Source: the human T2T-CHM13v2.0 reference genome, Homo sapiens. Taken from it: DNA of 64,000 nt. The first letter of the stretch is position 1; each line of letters begins with the position of its first letter. The DNA lies in NCBI RefSeq assembly GCF_009914755.1, contig NC_060932.1; one strand, given 5' to 3'. This document shows, in pieces, positions 27,601-41,416 of this stretch. The notes under the pieces were generated by a model, which had not been told where the DNA came from, made no database searches, and saw only the letters and a list, made by a program, of their open reading frames with translations. The translations under genes were made by a program, and so were the position numbers.

Positions 27601-28423
27601 GCAATTACAACAACAGCCAAAATTTACAAATAGGATCTAATCGAACTACAGAGCTTCTGCACAGCAAAAGAAATGATCATCACAGTGAACAGGCAACCTA
27701 CAGAATGGGAGAAAATTTTTGTAATCTATCCATCTGACAAAAGTTTAATATCCAGAATCTACAAGGAACTTAAACAAATTTACAAGAAAAAAAAAACCCT
27801 ATCAAAAAGTGGGCAAAGAATATGAACAGACACTTCGCAAAAGAAGATATTTATGCAGCCAACAAACATATGAAAAAAAGCTCATCATCACTGGTCATTA
27901 GAGAAATACAAATCAAAACCACAATGAGATACCATCTCATGCCAATTAGTTTGGCAATCAATAAAAAGTCAGGAAACAACAGATGCTGGAGAGGATGTGG
28001 AGAAACAGGAACACTTTTACACTGTTGGTGGGAGTGTAAATTAGTTCAATCATTGTGGAAGACAGTGTGGCAATTCCTCAAGGATCTAGAATTAGAAATG
28101 CCATTTGACACAGCAATCCCATTACTGGGTATATACCCAAAGGATTAGAGATCATTTTACTATAAAGACATATGCACACGTGTGATTACTATAACACTAT
28201 TTACAATGGCAAAGACTTGGATCCAACCCAAATGCCCATCAATGATAGACTGGGTAAAGAAAATGTGGCACATATACACATGGAATACTATACAGCAATA
28301 AAAAAGGATGAGTTCCTGTCCTTTGCAGGGACATGGATGAAGCTGGAAACCATCATTCTCAGCAAACTAACACAAGAACAGGAAACAAAACACCACATGT
28401 TCTCACTCATAAGTGAGAGCTGA
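24679..28423 (+). pseudogene. L1 ORF2p remnant (endonuclease/RT/C-terminal), multiple frameshifts and stops
   Basis: MTGSNSQITILTLHVNGLNAPI..CCIQETH..GDFNTPL; SDH; tttgcagatgacatg (FADD) at ~26701; C-terminal [18 protein letters not shown]. Confidence 0.96.
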
Positions 28424-28774
28424 ACAATGAGAACACATGGACACGAAGAGGGGGCACCACACACTGGGGTCTGTCAGGGGGTGAGGGGCTGGGGGAGTGA
28501 TAGCATTCGGAGAAATATCTAATGTAGATGACGGGTTGATGGGTGCAGCAAACCACCATGGCACATGTATACCTATGTAACAGATCTGCATGTTCTGCAC
28601 ATGTACCCCAGAACTTAAAGTATAATAAAAAGTTAAATTAAATTAAAAATATATATATAATATTCATAAGATCATCATATCAGCTATGGTTATCAGGTCC
28701 ATAACTCACTGTGTAGGCATCAGTCAATGTAACCATTCATCTTTTTAAAACAGGGGAATTGTTAATTAAGACTT

Positions 28775-29190
28775 CTGTCCTTGAACATAACTCTATGTCT
28801 GTGTCCCTAGTGCACACCAATATCCAAGTTCTCCTGAACATACATCCCATTTATATTTTCTACTCTTCCTGGCATCTCGGTGTGGCCACATAACTGAAAT
28901 CTGGCTAAAGGAAAGGGAGTAGATGTCATCTGTGCCATTTCTAGGAAAGGCCCTTAAAAATCTCCTTAAAGCAATTCTCCCTCTCTCTGTCTATCCGCTA
29001 ACAGGGAGGAGAGGGTTCTGAGGACACAGAGGAAGGGGAAACCTGGAGGTGGAAAGAGCTTAGGCCCAGAATGGTAGTGCCCTGCAAAGCCCTGGACCCT
29101 GCTATTAGCTACATCAGGCTGACGGGCCAGGCACACAACAAGGCATTGAAATTCTGAGGTTGTTCACACCCGTTAGGCTGTTCCAAAGAA
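28775..29190 (+). mobile_element. Old ERVL/MaLR LTR remnant (LTR16/MLT1J-like)
   Basis: tgtggccacataactgaaatctggctaaaggaa..tgtgccatttctagg..attgaaattctgaggttgttc. Confidence 0.45.
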
Positions 29191-29396
29191 TATACCCCAT
29201 TTTAGCAAATGTCTTCTACATTGTATTTATTTACTTGCCCAGCAGTGGTAGGAAGAACAATTCCATTCTTACATCCGTAGCATATAGCACAGAGCTTGGT
29301 ACAGAGTAGATTCTCATTACATGTTTATAAATGAATGAATGAGTGAACATGGAGAGAGAAAAGAAAAACTTCCAAATACAATGAAATATGCATTTC

Positions 29397-29670
29397 CATC
29401 TGGTATCTTTAAAACACAAATCTTTACTGCATGTTTTGTGTCCACATTTAAACGGGGTTGTTGATAATAACACTGGATAGTTTTTAGCTTTTTAAAAAAT
29501 TAATAAAAATTGCATGTATTTATGGTATGCAACATCTGGTATCTTTAAAACACAAATCTTTACCACATGTTTTGTGTCCACAGTTAAAGGGGGTTGTTGA
29601 TAATAACACTGAATAGTTTTTGGCTTTTTAAAAAATTAATAAAAATTGCATATATTTATGGTATCAACAT
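29397..29670. repeat. 136-bp tandem duplication (2 copies)
   Basis: catctggtatctttaaaacacaaatcttta.. starts at 29397 and 29533; 7 substitutions and 1 indel between copies. Confidence 0.95.
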
Positions 29671-30379
29671 AGTGTTTTGAAATAAGTAAAAATATATAAC
29701 TTTGTTTTCCAAAATCACCTTCCTCCTCTCTAATTGTAACCATGAGGGAAGGAAACATTTGTCTTCTGTGCAGAGGTTCTTTGTACACAAATAAACACTG
29801 TTCTTCGTCTGCCATCAGGGATCATGTCAAGGGACCACTCTCATCACCTCTGCTTCACTGTCAATGTGAAACACTTGTGAGGCTGGAAGCTGCCAAACCT
29901 GAGGGAGCCTGCATTCCTGTGCCCCCACAGTGAGTCTTCACTGTGACTTCCCAAGCAAAGCACTGGGGGCCTCTCTAATTTCACTTCCTGTGGGCTTGCT
30001 CTTGCAGGCCAGAAGGAAGACGAGCACTGCCTGGCAGGGAGTGCAGTGCCATGAGGTACAGCTGGGCTATCCTCTCTGTCGCTGGGCAAGGACACCAGCT
30101 GCCAGTTCACAGAGAGCAACTCCCACTGTTTCTCATCGTGGGGATTTCTCTGGACCCTTTCCTCAGATCTTTTGTTAAGCCAGCTGTTAAACAACACCAC
30201 CAAAAATAAATAAATGAAAAAATCAAATTGACTTTGGAAAACATTATCTACTGTGAATTACCTTTGAGTTAGCCTCATTCAGCTCCTTTTACTGCGCTCA
30301 GTCTGGGGAGACATGAGGAGTACATGGAGGTTCTCAGGGCTGCCATGAGAACCTCAGCTTTCCCCTTCACTAGATTCAT

Positions 30380-30540
30380 GGCTGTGACCCAGAACTTATC
30401 CTTTCTGAGTCTCATTTTTCTTATCAAAAAAAAAAAAAATGAGAACAGTAAACAAAGCGTTAGGATTGTGTTGGAAGGGGAATATGAGAAAAAGCTTGGC
30501 AGAGAGACAATACCTGTTATCACACTGAGAACCATGTGTA
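30380..30540 (+). mobile_element. MIR fragment
   Basis: gctgtgacccagaac..tttctgagtctcatttttcttatc..aaaatgag..taggattgtg. Confidence 0.55.
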
Positions 30541-31899
30541 TTGGTGAGACACGAGGGAGCACAGGCAGTTGGATTTCATTTCCTGCCAGGAGGAAAGGAG
30601 CCAAGACAGCTCACCCAGGGTCACTCAGGGCCTGAGTCTGTTAGCCAATGAAGCCAGAGCTGGAGCAATTCCTGCCTCATAGTCCAGTGCCATTTCTATG
30701 CTGTCTTAAGGATTCCCACTGCCCAAACCATGTTTATTCCTTTGGGTGACACATTTCTTTCCCAGCGCTAAGTGAATGGCACCCCATAAAAGTATTACTC
30801 CACTGTCCTCAGTAGCACCTCTACATCCAGCCTATCTCTATCGTAGTCCCACTGTGCCAAGTCCTTGGCCAAGGGCACAGAGGCAGCAGGGGACCATAGT
30901 GCTTCCTCCTCTTCTTAAAAGAACTTAAAAAAATGGCAATATCCAAAGGAGGGGTCCTAAACACCTCACAAGAGTTCAAGTTGCTCCCTGTGTGCTGGTC
31001 TTTCTCATGCTATGAAATCTAAAGGAGCAATTAAGTGCTTAGTTGCCTCAAAAGCTGGGCCTGGGCATCTCAGCCCTACCATGCTCCCAGTGTGAGGGGC
31101 CCTGCTTGAGGTGCTCCTGAAATGTCACAGGCCTTCCCTTTATGAAGTCTCTCATCCTGAGACTCCTGCAAATTGGTGATTCCTTCAATTCTGGAGTTGA
31201 ATCTATCACATAGTGTTGCTGACCACAGCAGAGCAACTGCTTGAACATTATCTAAACTCAAGTGACAGGGGTCTTTTGAAAAGTATGCACCAGTACCCTG
31301 GTGGGCAGCCCTCCAAAGCCAACCTGAAAACAAGAACACAGCAAGGCCCATCCCTCTCTGTGGCTCCAGCAAAATGGGTGTCCCAAAGATGCCGTGTGCT
31401 CCATCCCCTATCTACAAAGCCACGCAGAGTATTTCTTAGAAGCACGGGGTATTGACCTTATGTTCTGCAAATCACTGCACGGTCTCCCATGCAATCGTGT
31501 AGTCAGCTACTTAGTTTTGTAAATCTGCAGCAGAGAGACTTGGGTTGTCCTATTGCAAAATGAATCCTGTTGCAAAGTCCAGGAAGAAGATACTAGAGAC
31601 TAGGGTTGACAAAATTCAGTCCAGTTATTTCATTCCATATTAAAAGTATCAAATAAAAAGTGAGACAATTTTATTAATTTTCACATGTGATACTTAGCTT
31701 ATCTTCTCATTAAAGAAATACATCTTAATTAAAAGCTGTTTAAGATGATATGCTGTGCTGATTTACTCCACCAAAACAAATAAAACAAATATTTACTAAC
31801 CGTTTGTTTAATGTGTCAGGAGCCTTATTCTGTACTTTACATGTTATTTCATTTTATCATCATAAATAAATCATGATATCACAAATACTGTTCTTTAGA

Positions 31900-32440
31900 G
31901 AATACTATGTGTCAGGCCCTGTACTGACGTCTCTACATGTATTATTAGTTCATTTTATTGTCATAACTCAGTAAAACTTTTACTACAGAATGAGCATCCC
32001 TAATCTCAAAATCCAAAATTTGAAACTTTCTGAGCACTGACATGACATGCGTAAAATTCCACACCTAATATCATGTGATGGGTCAACATACACAAACTTT
32101 GTTTCATGCACAAAATTATTTAAAGTGTTATATAAAATTGCATTCAGGCTATGTTTATAAGACGTATATGAAACATAAATCAATTTTGTGTTTAAACTTG
32201 GGTCTCTTCCCCAAGAGATCTTGTTATGTATATTCAAATATTCCAAAATTAAAAAAATTCTGAAACCTGAGGCACTGATGGTCCCAAGCATTTTGGATAA
32301 GGAATACTCAACCTGTATTGTTATCCTCATTTGTCAAATGAGGAACTTTAGGCACAGAGAAGTTCAGTAACTTGCCCAAGTTCACATAGTCGACTCAGAG
32401 CTGGGATTTTCACACAGGAGCCTGGCTCCCAGGTATATAA
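31900..32440 (-). mobile_element. MIR interrupted by a Tigger4 MITE
   Basis: tactatgtgtcaggccctgtact..; after the insert attgttatcctcatttgtcaaatgaggaac..gtaacttgcccaagttcaca. Confidence 0.7.
31986..32315. mobile_element. Tigger4b/MER46-type DNA transposon MITE
   Basis: TIRs cagaatgagcatccct.. and ..aggaatactcaacctg flanked by TA dinucleotides. Confidence 0.85.
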
Positions 32441-34301
32441 GCTCCAACTGCAGCTGCCTACACTAAGAAGTTCCCAGCACAGCCTCTGGCAAAGGTAGGG
32501 GCCTTCAGGACTTCCCACAGAGGGACTCACTTCTTCCTTTGCCCTCTCATTCTGTGCCACGTGCCTGAAAACCACAGACTACATTTCATAAAAGTTGCCT
32601 GAGTCAATGAAGGTGTGGGTAGGTATAATTATTCTAATTTTGTAAGAAAAATTAGCTCTGAAAAGCTAAGTCAGTCAGGGCAGAACCACTCAAGATTCAA
32701 TCTCGGGCCACGGTGCTTCTAACATCTGTGATGTTTAACCTGCCTCACAACAAATACTCCTGTCTGCAACATGTGCGCATACCTTTGCTATAGAATTGTT
32801 CTAGCATATATTATTATTGATGTATTTGCAAGGCATTCTCTTCAATTCACCTGGGAGCATTCTTCAGGATGGGGGTCAAGGGTGGGAGGTGAGGGTCATT
32901 TTGTCTTTCTGGGCAACCCCAGCACCCCACTGTTTCTGACAAATACAAGGCACCCAGGAATGGTTTGTTGAATATATGACAAATGAGAGAATAAAGGATA
33001 ACTTTATAATAAAGCCTTTATTTGCTTCTCTAAAACAACCTTTTCTTTGTTTTTACAGAAGGCGATGAGATCATTTTTATTCTATCACTATAGCTTTTGC
33101 TTGAGAAAAACATTAACAAGTATCTCCTTCCAGAAATCTTGCAGATCAATTTGTTTAGTCATGAGGGCTCAGCAGCCATCTGTTACTCAGCTGCAGGAGT
33201 TGTTTATTCATACTTTTGCCCATTCATCTGTTTTGTGTTTCCTTTTGTCCATATCTCACTTAAGATAAACAAAATCCTGTCAGTGTGTGAAGAAAGCCAA
33301 GCCTCCGAATCTGCCTGTGCTGAGAACAAGGGTATTCTCTGTCAGAAGGACGAAAGAGCCGAGGGTGGAGGGAAGACTACACACTTCTTATGCTTGAAAA
33401 GCAGAAGGTCATCGTACTTTACTAATTATGGAGTCCTCCTAATCATGTCTGATTTTAAAGTGCCCGTTGGGTTACTTAGGAGTATAAGATGCAGCCATTC
33501 CAGTCCTGCGAACATTTCCAACACTATTACTGCTTTTCACGTTATTTGTAAAACTTCTCATTTTTTCACCTAGGCAAAAGATTTTTCTTCTCTAATTCAG
33601 AGAACAAATTCATAGACATAGACAGGTTTTCTAATGAAAGAGATACCATTCTCCTATCAACTCAGAAACTGTGGGAAAGACATCATTAGTCACTCTTCAC
33701 CATCTTCTTCTAAGGAGAATTTCAAATCAGTTCCCTGCCACTAAATTTCATAAGTGACAAAATTTCCCATCCAAATTGGCTTAATCATAATGAAATTCCA
33801 TGTATCTGAAAACTCCAGAGTTAGGACAGAATTCAGAAAAGTCTTGATCAGAATTTACATGTTTTCTTCTGCCTTTCACTCCTGCTGGCCTCTGTATGGG
33901 ATTTCATTCTCATGGGTCTCATACCATGGTGAGATGGAGGTAGGGGCTTCAGAGATGTGTTTCCAGCTACACTACAGGGAGAAAGGATTACCCCTTTCAC
34001 TTCCAGAAGCTGCAGCAAATATTTCTTTCTTGCTCACTGACTTTGATGGTGACACAGGCCCATTCTCCAACCCTCCATTTAGGCCAGAGGAAACCAAGAA
34101 TCTAATTGACGAGGCCCTTACAACTTTTGGACCTTTTGGACCTGGGGTATGGGACCAGAGAGGTGAGTCCACTCTACTGGAACCACAAGTGGATCCCCAG
34201 AAGAAAACGTGGAGCTATTAACTCAAGAAGGGCAGATAGTGAACAGATAGTTAACTGACTGAAGGTGCCTGCATCCTGTGGAAACTTATTCAGCCTTTGA
34301 G

Positions 34302-36930
34302 TCACAGCCAAATTTTACCAGAGGTACAAAGAGGAGCTGGTACCATTCCTTCTGAAACTATTCCAAACAATAGAAGAAGAGGGACTTCTCCCTAACTCAT
34401 TTGATGAGGCCAGCATCATCCTGATACCAAAACCCGGCAGAGACACAACAAAAAAAGAAAATCTCAGGCCAATATCCCTGATGAACATCAATGTGAAAAT
34501 CCTCAATAAAATACTGGCAAACAGAATTCAGCAGCACATCAAAAAGCTTATCCACCACGATCAAGTTGGCTTTATTCCTGGGATGCAAGGCTGGTCCAAC
34601 ATATGCAAATCAAGAAATGTAATCCATCGCATAAACAGAACCAATGACGAAAACCATATGATTATCTCAATAGATGCAGAAAAGGCCTTTGATAAAATTC
34701 AACATCCCTTTATGCTAAAAACTCTCAATAAAGTAGTTATTGATGGAAAGTATCTCAAAATGATAAGAGCAATTTATGACAAACCCATAGCCAATATCAT
34801 ACTAAATGGGCAAAAGCTGGAAGCATTCCCTTTGAAAACTGGCACAAGAAAAGGCTGCCCTCTCTCACCACACCTATTCAACATAGTATTGGAAGTTCTA
34901 GCAAGGGCAATCAGGCAAGAGAAAGAAATAAAGGGTATTCGAATAAGAAGAGAGGAAGTCAAACTGTCTCTATTTGCAGACAACATGATTGTGTGTTTAG
35001 AAAACCCCAGCATTTCAGGCCAAAATCTCCTTAAGCTGATAAGCAATTTCAGGGTACAAAATCAGTCTCAGGATACAAAATCAATACACAAAAATCACAA
35101 GCATTCTTATACTCCAACAGTAGACATGCAGAGAGCCAAATCATGAGTGAACTCCCATTCACAATTGCTACAAAGAGAATAAAATACCTAGGAATCCAAC
35201 TTACAAGGGACATGAAGGACTTCTTCAAGGAGAACTGCAAACCACTACTCAAGGAAATAAGAGAGGACACAAACAGATAGAAAAACATTCCATGCTCATG
35301 GATAGGAAGAATCAATATCATGAAAATGGCCATGCTGCCCAAAGTAACTTAAAGATGCAATGCTATTCACATCAAGCTACCAGTGACTTTCTTCGCAGAA
35401 ATATAAAAAACTGCTTTAAATTTCATATGGAACCAAAAAAGAGGCCGCATAGCCAAGACAATCCCAAGCAAAAAGAACACAGCTGGAAGTATCATGCTAC
35501 CTAACTTCAAACTACAAGGCTACAGTAACCAAAATAGCAAGGTACTGGTACCAAAACATATATATAAACCAATGGAATAGAACAGAGGCCTCAGAAATAA
35601 CACACACATCTACAACCATCTGATCTTTGACAAACCTGACAAAAACAAGCAATGGGAAAAGAATTCCTTATTTAATAAATGGTGCTGAGAAAACTGGCTA
35701 GCCATATGCAGAAAACAGAAACTGGATGCCTTCCTTACACCTTATACAAAAATTAACTCGAGATGGATTAAAGACTTAAATGTAAAACCCAAAACCATAA
35801 AAACCCTAGAAGAAAACCTAGGCAATACCATTCGGGACATAGGAATGGGCAAATACTTCATGACTAAAACACCAAAAGCAATGGCAACAAAAGCCAAGAT
35901 TGACACATGGGATCTAACCTAACTAAAGAGCTTCTGCACAGCAAAATAAACTATCATCAGTGTGAACAGGCAACCTACAGAATGGGAGAAAATTTTTGCA
36001 AGCTACCCATCTGACAAAGGTCTAATATCCAGAATCTACAAGAAACTTAAAGAAATTTACAAGAAAACAAACAACCCCATTAAAAAGTGGGTGAAAGATA
36101 TGAACAGACACTTCTCAAAAGAAGACATTTATGCGGCCAACAAACATATGAAAAAAAGCTCGTCATCACTGGTCATTAGAGAAATGTAAATCAAAGCCAC
36201 AATGACATACTATCTCGCACCAGTTAGAATGGTGATCATTAAAAAGTCAGGAAACAATAGATGTTGGTGAAGCTATAGAGAAATAGGAACACTTTTACAC
36301 TGTTGGTGGCATGTAAATTAGTTCAACCATTGTGGAAGAGTGTGTGGCAATTCTTCAAGGACCTAGAATCAGAAATACCATTTGACCCAGCAATCCCATT
36401 ACTGGGTATATACTCAAAGGATTATAAATCGTTCTACTATAAAGACACATGCACACATGTGTTTGTTGCAACACTTTTTACAATAACAAAGATTTGGAAC
36501 CAGCCCAAATGGCCAAGAATGATAGACTGGATAAAGAAAATGTGACACATATACACCATGTAATACTATGCAGCCATAAAAAAAAGAATGAGTTCATGTC
36601 CTTTGTAGGGTCATGGGTGAAGCTGGAAGCCATCATTCTCAGCAAACTAACACAGGAACAGAAAACCAAACACCGCATGCTCTCACTCACAAGTGGCAGT
36701 CTAACAATGAGAACACATGGACGTGGGGGGGAACATCGCACACCAGGGCCTTTCAGCGGGTGGGCAATAAGGGGAGGGAGAGCATTAGGACAAATACCTA
36801 ATTTATGTGGGACTTAAAACTAGATGTCGGGTTGATGTGTGCAGCAAACCACCATGGCACATGTATACCAATGTAATAAACCTGCACATTCTGCAAATGT
36901 ATTCCTGAACTTAAAGTAAATTTTAAAAAA
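34302..36930 (+). mobile_element. 5'-truncated L1 (L1PA8-10-type)
   Basis: RT ORF 34481-35146 ([40 protein letters not shown]); 3'UTR ggacaaatacctaat..cttaaaactagatg; no clear TSD. Confidence 0.96.
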
Positions 36931-37079
36931 TCAAAGAAAGTTACACACACACACACAAAATTTTGAGTGATAACATTATAATCACAATAATATATATGAC
37001 CTGATTTTATTAAAATAAATATATTTCCACATTAAATTATGTCTGTTAATACAAAATAATTGGAGGAATATAACAGAGT

Positions 37080-37525
37080 GCCACCCTGCACCATCCATTT
37101 ACTTCTTTGTTCTCCTTCTTCAGAAAACAAACAGAAAACTGAAACGAAGAAAAAATGCTATATTTGTTTTCCAAGGCACATTGCTACCAGTGCTAAAAGC
37201 ACATTCTCTGTCTCCCTGCTTGACATGTACAGCCACTTGTCCAAGTTCTGGCTAATGCTGTGAGTAGCAGCATGGCGAACTGTTAAGAAGTCTTTCCAAA
37301 ATGGAAGTGGCGGACTCTTCCTCTTCCTTCTTCTCTTTCTATTGGCTGGAATGAAGAGGAGCCGGCTAGACTAAAGGTGCCATGGATAAACATGTCCAGA
37401 GTCCCTAAAAATTGTGAAGTTATCTTCAGTCCTCTATGACCAGCTCCAGATTCCTTTTATGTGCTAGTGAAATATATTTCTGTCTCACTTAAGCTAGTAT
37501 AATTTTGAAAGTCTTGTAGATGTTA
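37080..37525 (+). mobile_element. Old ERVL/MaLR LTR remnant
   Basis: gccacttgtccaagttctggctaatg..cacttaagctagtataattttg. Confidence 0.4.
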
Positions 37526-38803
37526 TCATTGCTTAGGACAGTATTATACACAGTGATACAGATCACATACTGAATTTTTACAGTAGTTTCCCTAAGGAGC
37601 AATAATGGAAGAACAGATTGGGAGTGAAAGTTAATATTGTAAGTAAAAACAAAGTTGAAAATTGTTTCATCTATTCCCACATTGTGGAATTATATATTTA
37701 TATTTGTGTAATATATAAATAATATAACATAATTTATAATACAACGTGGATTTATAAATAATGGACAAATTGGACTTCGTTTTAAAATGATAAGTTCAGA
37801 GAACTGTATTTTGGTATAAAAGTTTGATCAAGGTTACTGCATCTCGTGTCCAGTGAATAATTTGAGTCTTAGTCATTAAGCAGGATTCCTTGTATATAAT
37901 AGTTGGACACAGGCATGAAGGGCAAGGTCCCTGCCTGCAAGAATTGCAAGTGTCTGATGAAGATAGATAGGAAAGCAAGCACTTGATAAATAGTGCGAAA
38001 TATGCTACTTTAGAAGCAGTCCCAGAGTTTCATGACTGCACTGCCTCTAGTCTTAGTTAGTTAAGAGGCTTCCTGAGGATATAATGTTTCTCAGGGGATT
38101 GAGGGGAGGTACAGGAAGGGTTAAAGAGGAAAAATAAAAGAGAGCAAAGGAAAGTAAGTGCAGATATTGTCCCTTTAGAATAAAATGTGTACATCTTTGA
38201 TGGATTAACAATGCAATGAAAATAGAAAAATTTGATTTCACCTAAATTGTCCATATCCTCAACCCTCCTCTAAATGATAGACCTGCCTCGGCCCCAGAAT
38301 AGCAAATTTCTGTTCCAGAACAGAGAGTAAAACTGTGAAGCTAGTATAGAAATATTGTTTCCCAAAATAAGTTCCTAAATTTGAATTTCTTTTCAGATTG
38401 GGAAACTTATAGTGGTATGGAATATAATTTTGGCAGTCACGCATAAAAGAATCACATTTTCTTGCTCTGTACTGACACCTCAGCTCTCTCTCTGATTTAA
38501 TGCTGCTTTATACCTCAGAGGTTCATGCAGCCTCAAAATGAACAGTGTTGTGACTTTTGTTAGGATGATCTCTTTGGAACAGAGACCTAAGGAGGTCCTA
38601 TGGTTGAGAAAGGCTGTCAATTCCCTTAAAGTGAAAAAACGGAACTCTATTAGTTATTATTAAGAAACCCACTCTCTAATAAAGTGTTGGTGCTGTAACA
38701 TACACAGCCTTGCAACAGATAAGATTCCAGAGCAGAGTCACATGTAGAAAATAGAACAATGCCATATGGATCACAACCACTTCCTTCCTGAATTCCAAAT
38801 GCT

Positions 38804-39086
38804 GCAGGGGTTGGAAAACTCAGAAGCCTACAGGGGTGGACAGGTAGTGCAGATGACTGACAGGTGGGAATAAGAGAAACATCAACCAGTCCTGTGACTG
38901 TCTATTCAGCTAAAGAAGAAGCAATTTACTCAGCTTCAAGAGATACAACCACACAGCAATGCAGCCCAGTTTCCAGAGCTTGTTTTCAAAGACAAGCTAA
39001 ATGAGATTTTAACGTGGATTCTCCTCTTTTTTATACTAACAGTTATAGGCCCAATCAGGCCATATGCCGCCACATGCAATCTCTGC
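38804..39086. mobile_element. MER102-like hAT element
   Basis: caggggttggaaaactcagaagcctacaggggtggacaggta..aatgcagcccagtttccag..tgcaatctctg. Confidence 0.65.
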
Positions 39087-39113
39087 AAGGAACAGTGGCA
39101 ACATCAACTTACA

Positions 39114-39908
39114 CAGGTGGAAGATCCCTCATTTGAAATGCTTGAGACCAGAGATGTTTTGGATTTGAGATTTTTTAAGATTTTTGAATATTTGCATAAA
39201 CATAATGGATATCTTGGGGATTGAACCCAAGTCTAAACACAAAATGTATTTATGTTTAATATATACCTTCTACTCATACCCTAATTTTGTACAATATTTT
39301 CAATAATTCTGTGACTGAAGTAAAGCTTGTGTGCATTGAACCATCAGCAAGGAAAGGTGTCACTGTGTGACCCATGTGGACAATCTGTGGTTGTTTGGCA
39401 TCACCATCATTCCTGGCTGAATTTAAATGCTGCCAATAAGCAATTATTTTCTCACACTTATTCACACATAAGTACATCATAGTAAAAAAATGATATGCCA
39501 TTCATACAGTGAAAAAATAACATGTTGAGGGTAACTAACCAGCTCAGTAGCGTCACCAGAATATCTGTGTCAGCTGTTCCGCAACAGCAACAACAGACAC
39601 CACCAGGCTAGATGGCTAAATGGCTTTTAAAAACATTTCCTCCAGGGTCATCTGCCTCATTGACAACATGTATTTTTCTTGAAGTCTCTCTGATTTTATA
39701 AACGAGCATGATTTCTTGCTCTGCTATGAATGGACATTGCTCTAATTCTTCAATAAGCCCCATCACACTTTTTTCCCATGTCATCTACGGCCACTTTTTC
39801 TACAGTGTTAACAACATCATCTTCCTTGTCTACTTGTGGCATCATAGTGAAGCTCAAAAAGTTTCAAATTTTGGGTTAAGGATTTTTCAATTAGGGATGC
39901 TCGATCAG
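39114..39908. mobile_element. Tigger4 (Zombi) internally deleted DNA transposon
   Basis: caggtggaagatccctcatttgaaatgcttgagacc..; ends ttagggatgctcgatcag-TA; homologous in opposite orientation to the 31986-32315 MITE. Confidence 0.82.
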
Positions 39909-40135
39909 TAGCTCCTCAGCACTCTAAGAGAAACTGGCTGGATAATGTAAAAGAACAAGAGGTTTCTCTCAATATCTACTTTAAAATAAGAGGGTCAATT
40001 TCACTTGAGAAGATCAATAGAGACCTATTCTACACGAATGACCAAAAAAAAAAAAGACCCTTCAGTACAAACCACCCCCTCAACCATCCACACCCAGAAT
40101 ATTGAACCAGACCATTCCAGCTTCCGGTAAGTTCT

Positions 40136-40589
<454 letters not shown>

Positions 40590-41416
40590 TTAAGATACTG
40601 TCTTAAAGTCATTATCCTTTATTAAACCGTACTTTCTGTTATCTTTAGATATTCTAGAATATTTATTATTTTATCTAAAAATAGACAGGTGGAGATTCAT
40701 CTTTCACAATAGCTTCCTAGTCAATCTCTTAGCAGGTAGCAGAGGGAATCAAATCAAGAGGTTAATCAATTTGTACGCTATTGTGGTGATTTTCCAGTAT
40801 CTTCACAAAGACCATATTAGGGATATTGATTTCTTGAGAGGGATAGGAAAGAAAAAAGTCAAACTGTAGCCTTCCTGGCTGAATTTCCAGGATCTATGTT
40901 AGTTCACTAATTCAGCAAATATTTTGAGGGCAGTAGTTCCTATATTTTCTAGCATTCCAGATTCAAAAAGAGAAACAAGTCAGGATTCTAACAAGGCAGA
41001 TAGTCACCTATCTTTTTTGGTGAGTCTGCCAAGTGGACTGTTGCAGTCTTGAGTAATCTTCTTCATCCAATTGTTTAAAATTGTAAATAAATGATTTACA
41101 TGATAAAATTTCATAGATTCTCTGAAGCTTCACATCTAGACAGAAATGCCCAAAACTTTAGGGGCCAATGTATTTAGCTGGGGCTCTGGAGCAGCTCGTG
41201 TATCTGAAGCTATGTCTCTCACACCACAGATGGCAAGGTTCAGAGGGACAGAGATTCATTTTTTTGTGTGTGCCTGGAAGAGTTCCAGATCCTTTGGCCA
41301 CAAGTCAGCATGGTCCCTACCCCCAGGAAGCCCCAAGCATGGTGGCACCTTAATACGACCCAGGCTGAAAGACAGGGTCAGGAAGGTCCTTAAACACCCA
41401 TTTCCTAGTACACTTC

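Larger units (their letters stand above)
22241..28649 (+). mobile_element. Full-length but inactivated LINE-1, L1PA7/L1PA8-type
   Basis: 5'UTR gctggcaagatg..aatag..agctccggtctacagc; ORF1 and ORF2 remnants; 3'UTR ..aatgtagatgacgggttgatgggtgcagcaaaccaccatgg..cttaaagtataataaaaa; probable TSD aaaatatataata. Confidence 0.97.

Noticed and set aside
24679-28423. Reverse transcriptase/endonuclease ORFs as a novel RT system or active L1
   Set aside because: Standard L1 ORF2 remnants with many frameshifts, stops and deletions.
33754-34221. 155-aa ORF as a protein-coding gene
   Set aside because: GTG start, no recognisable domain or exon structure; length is compatible with chance.
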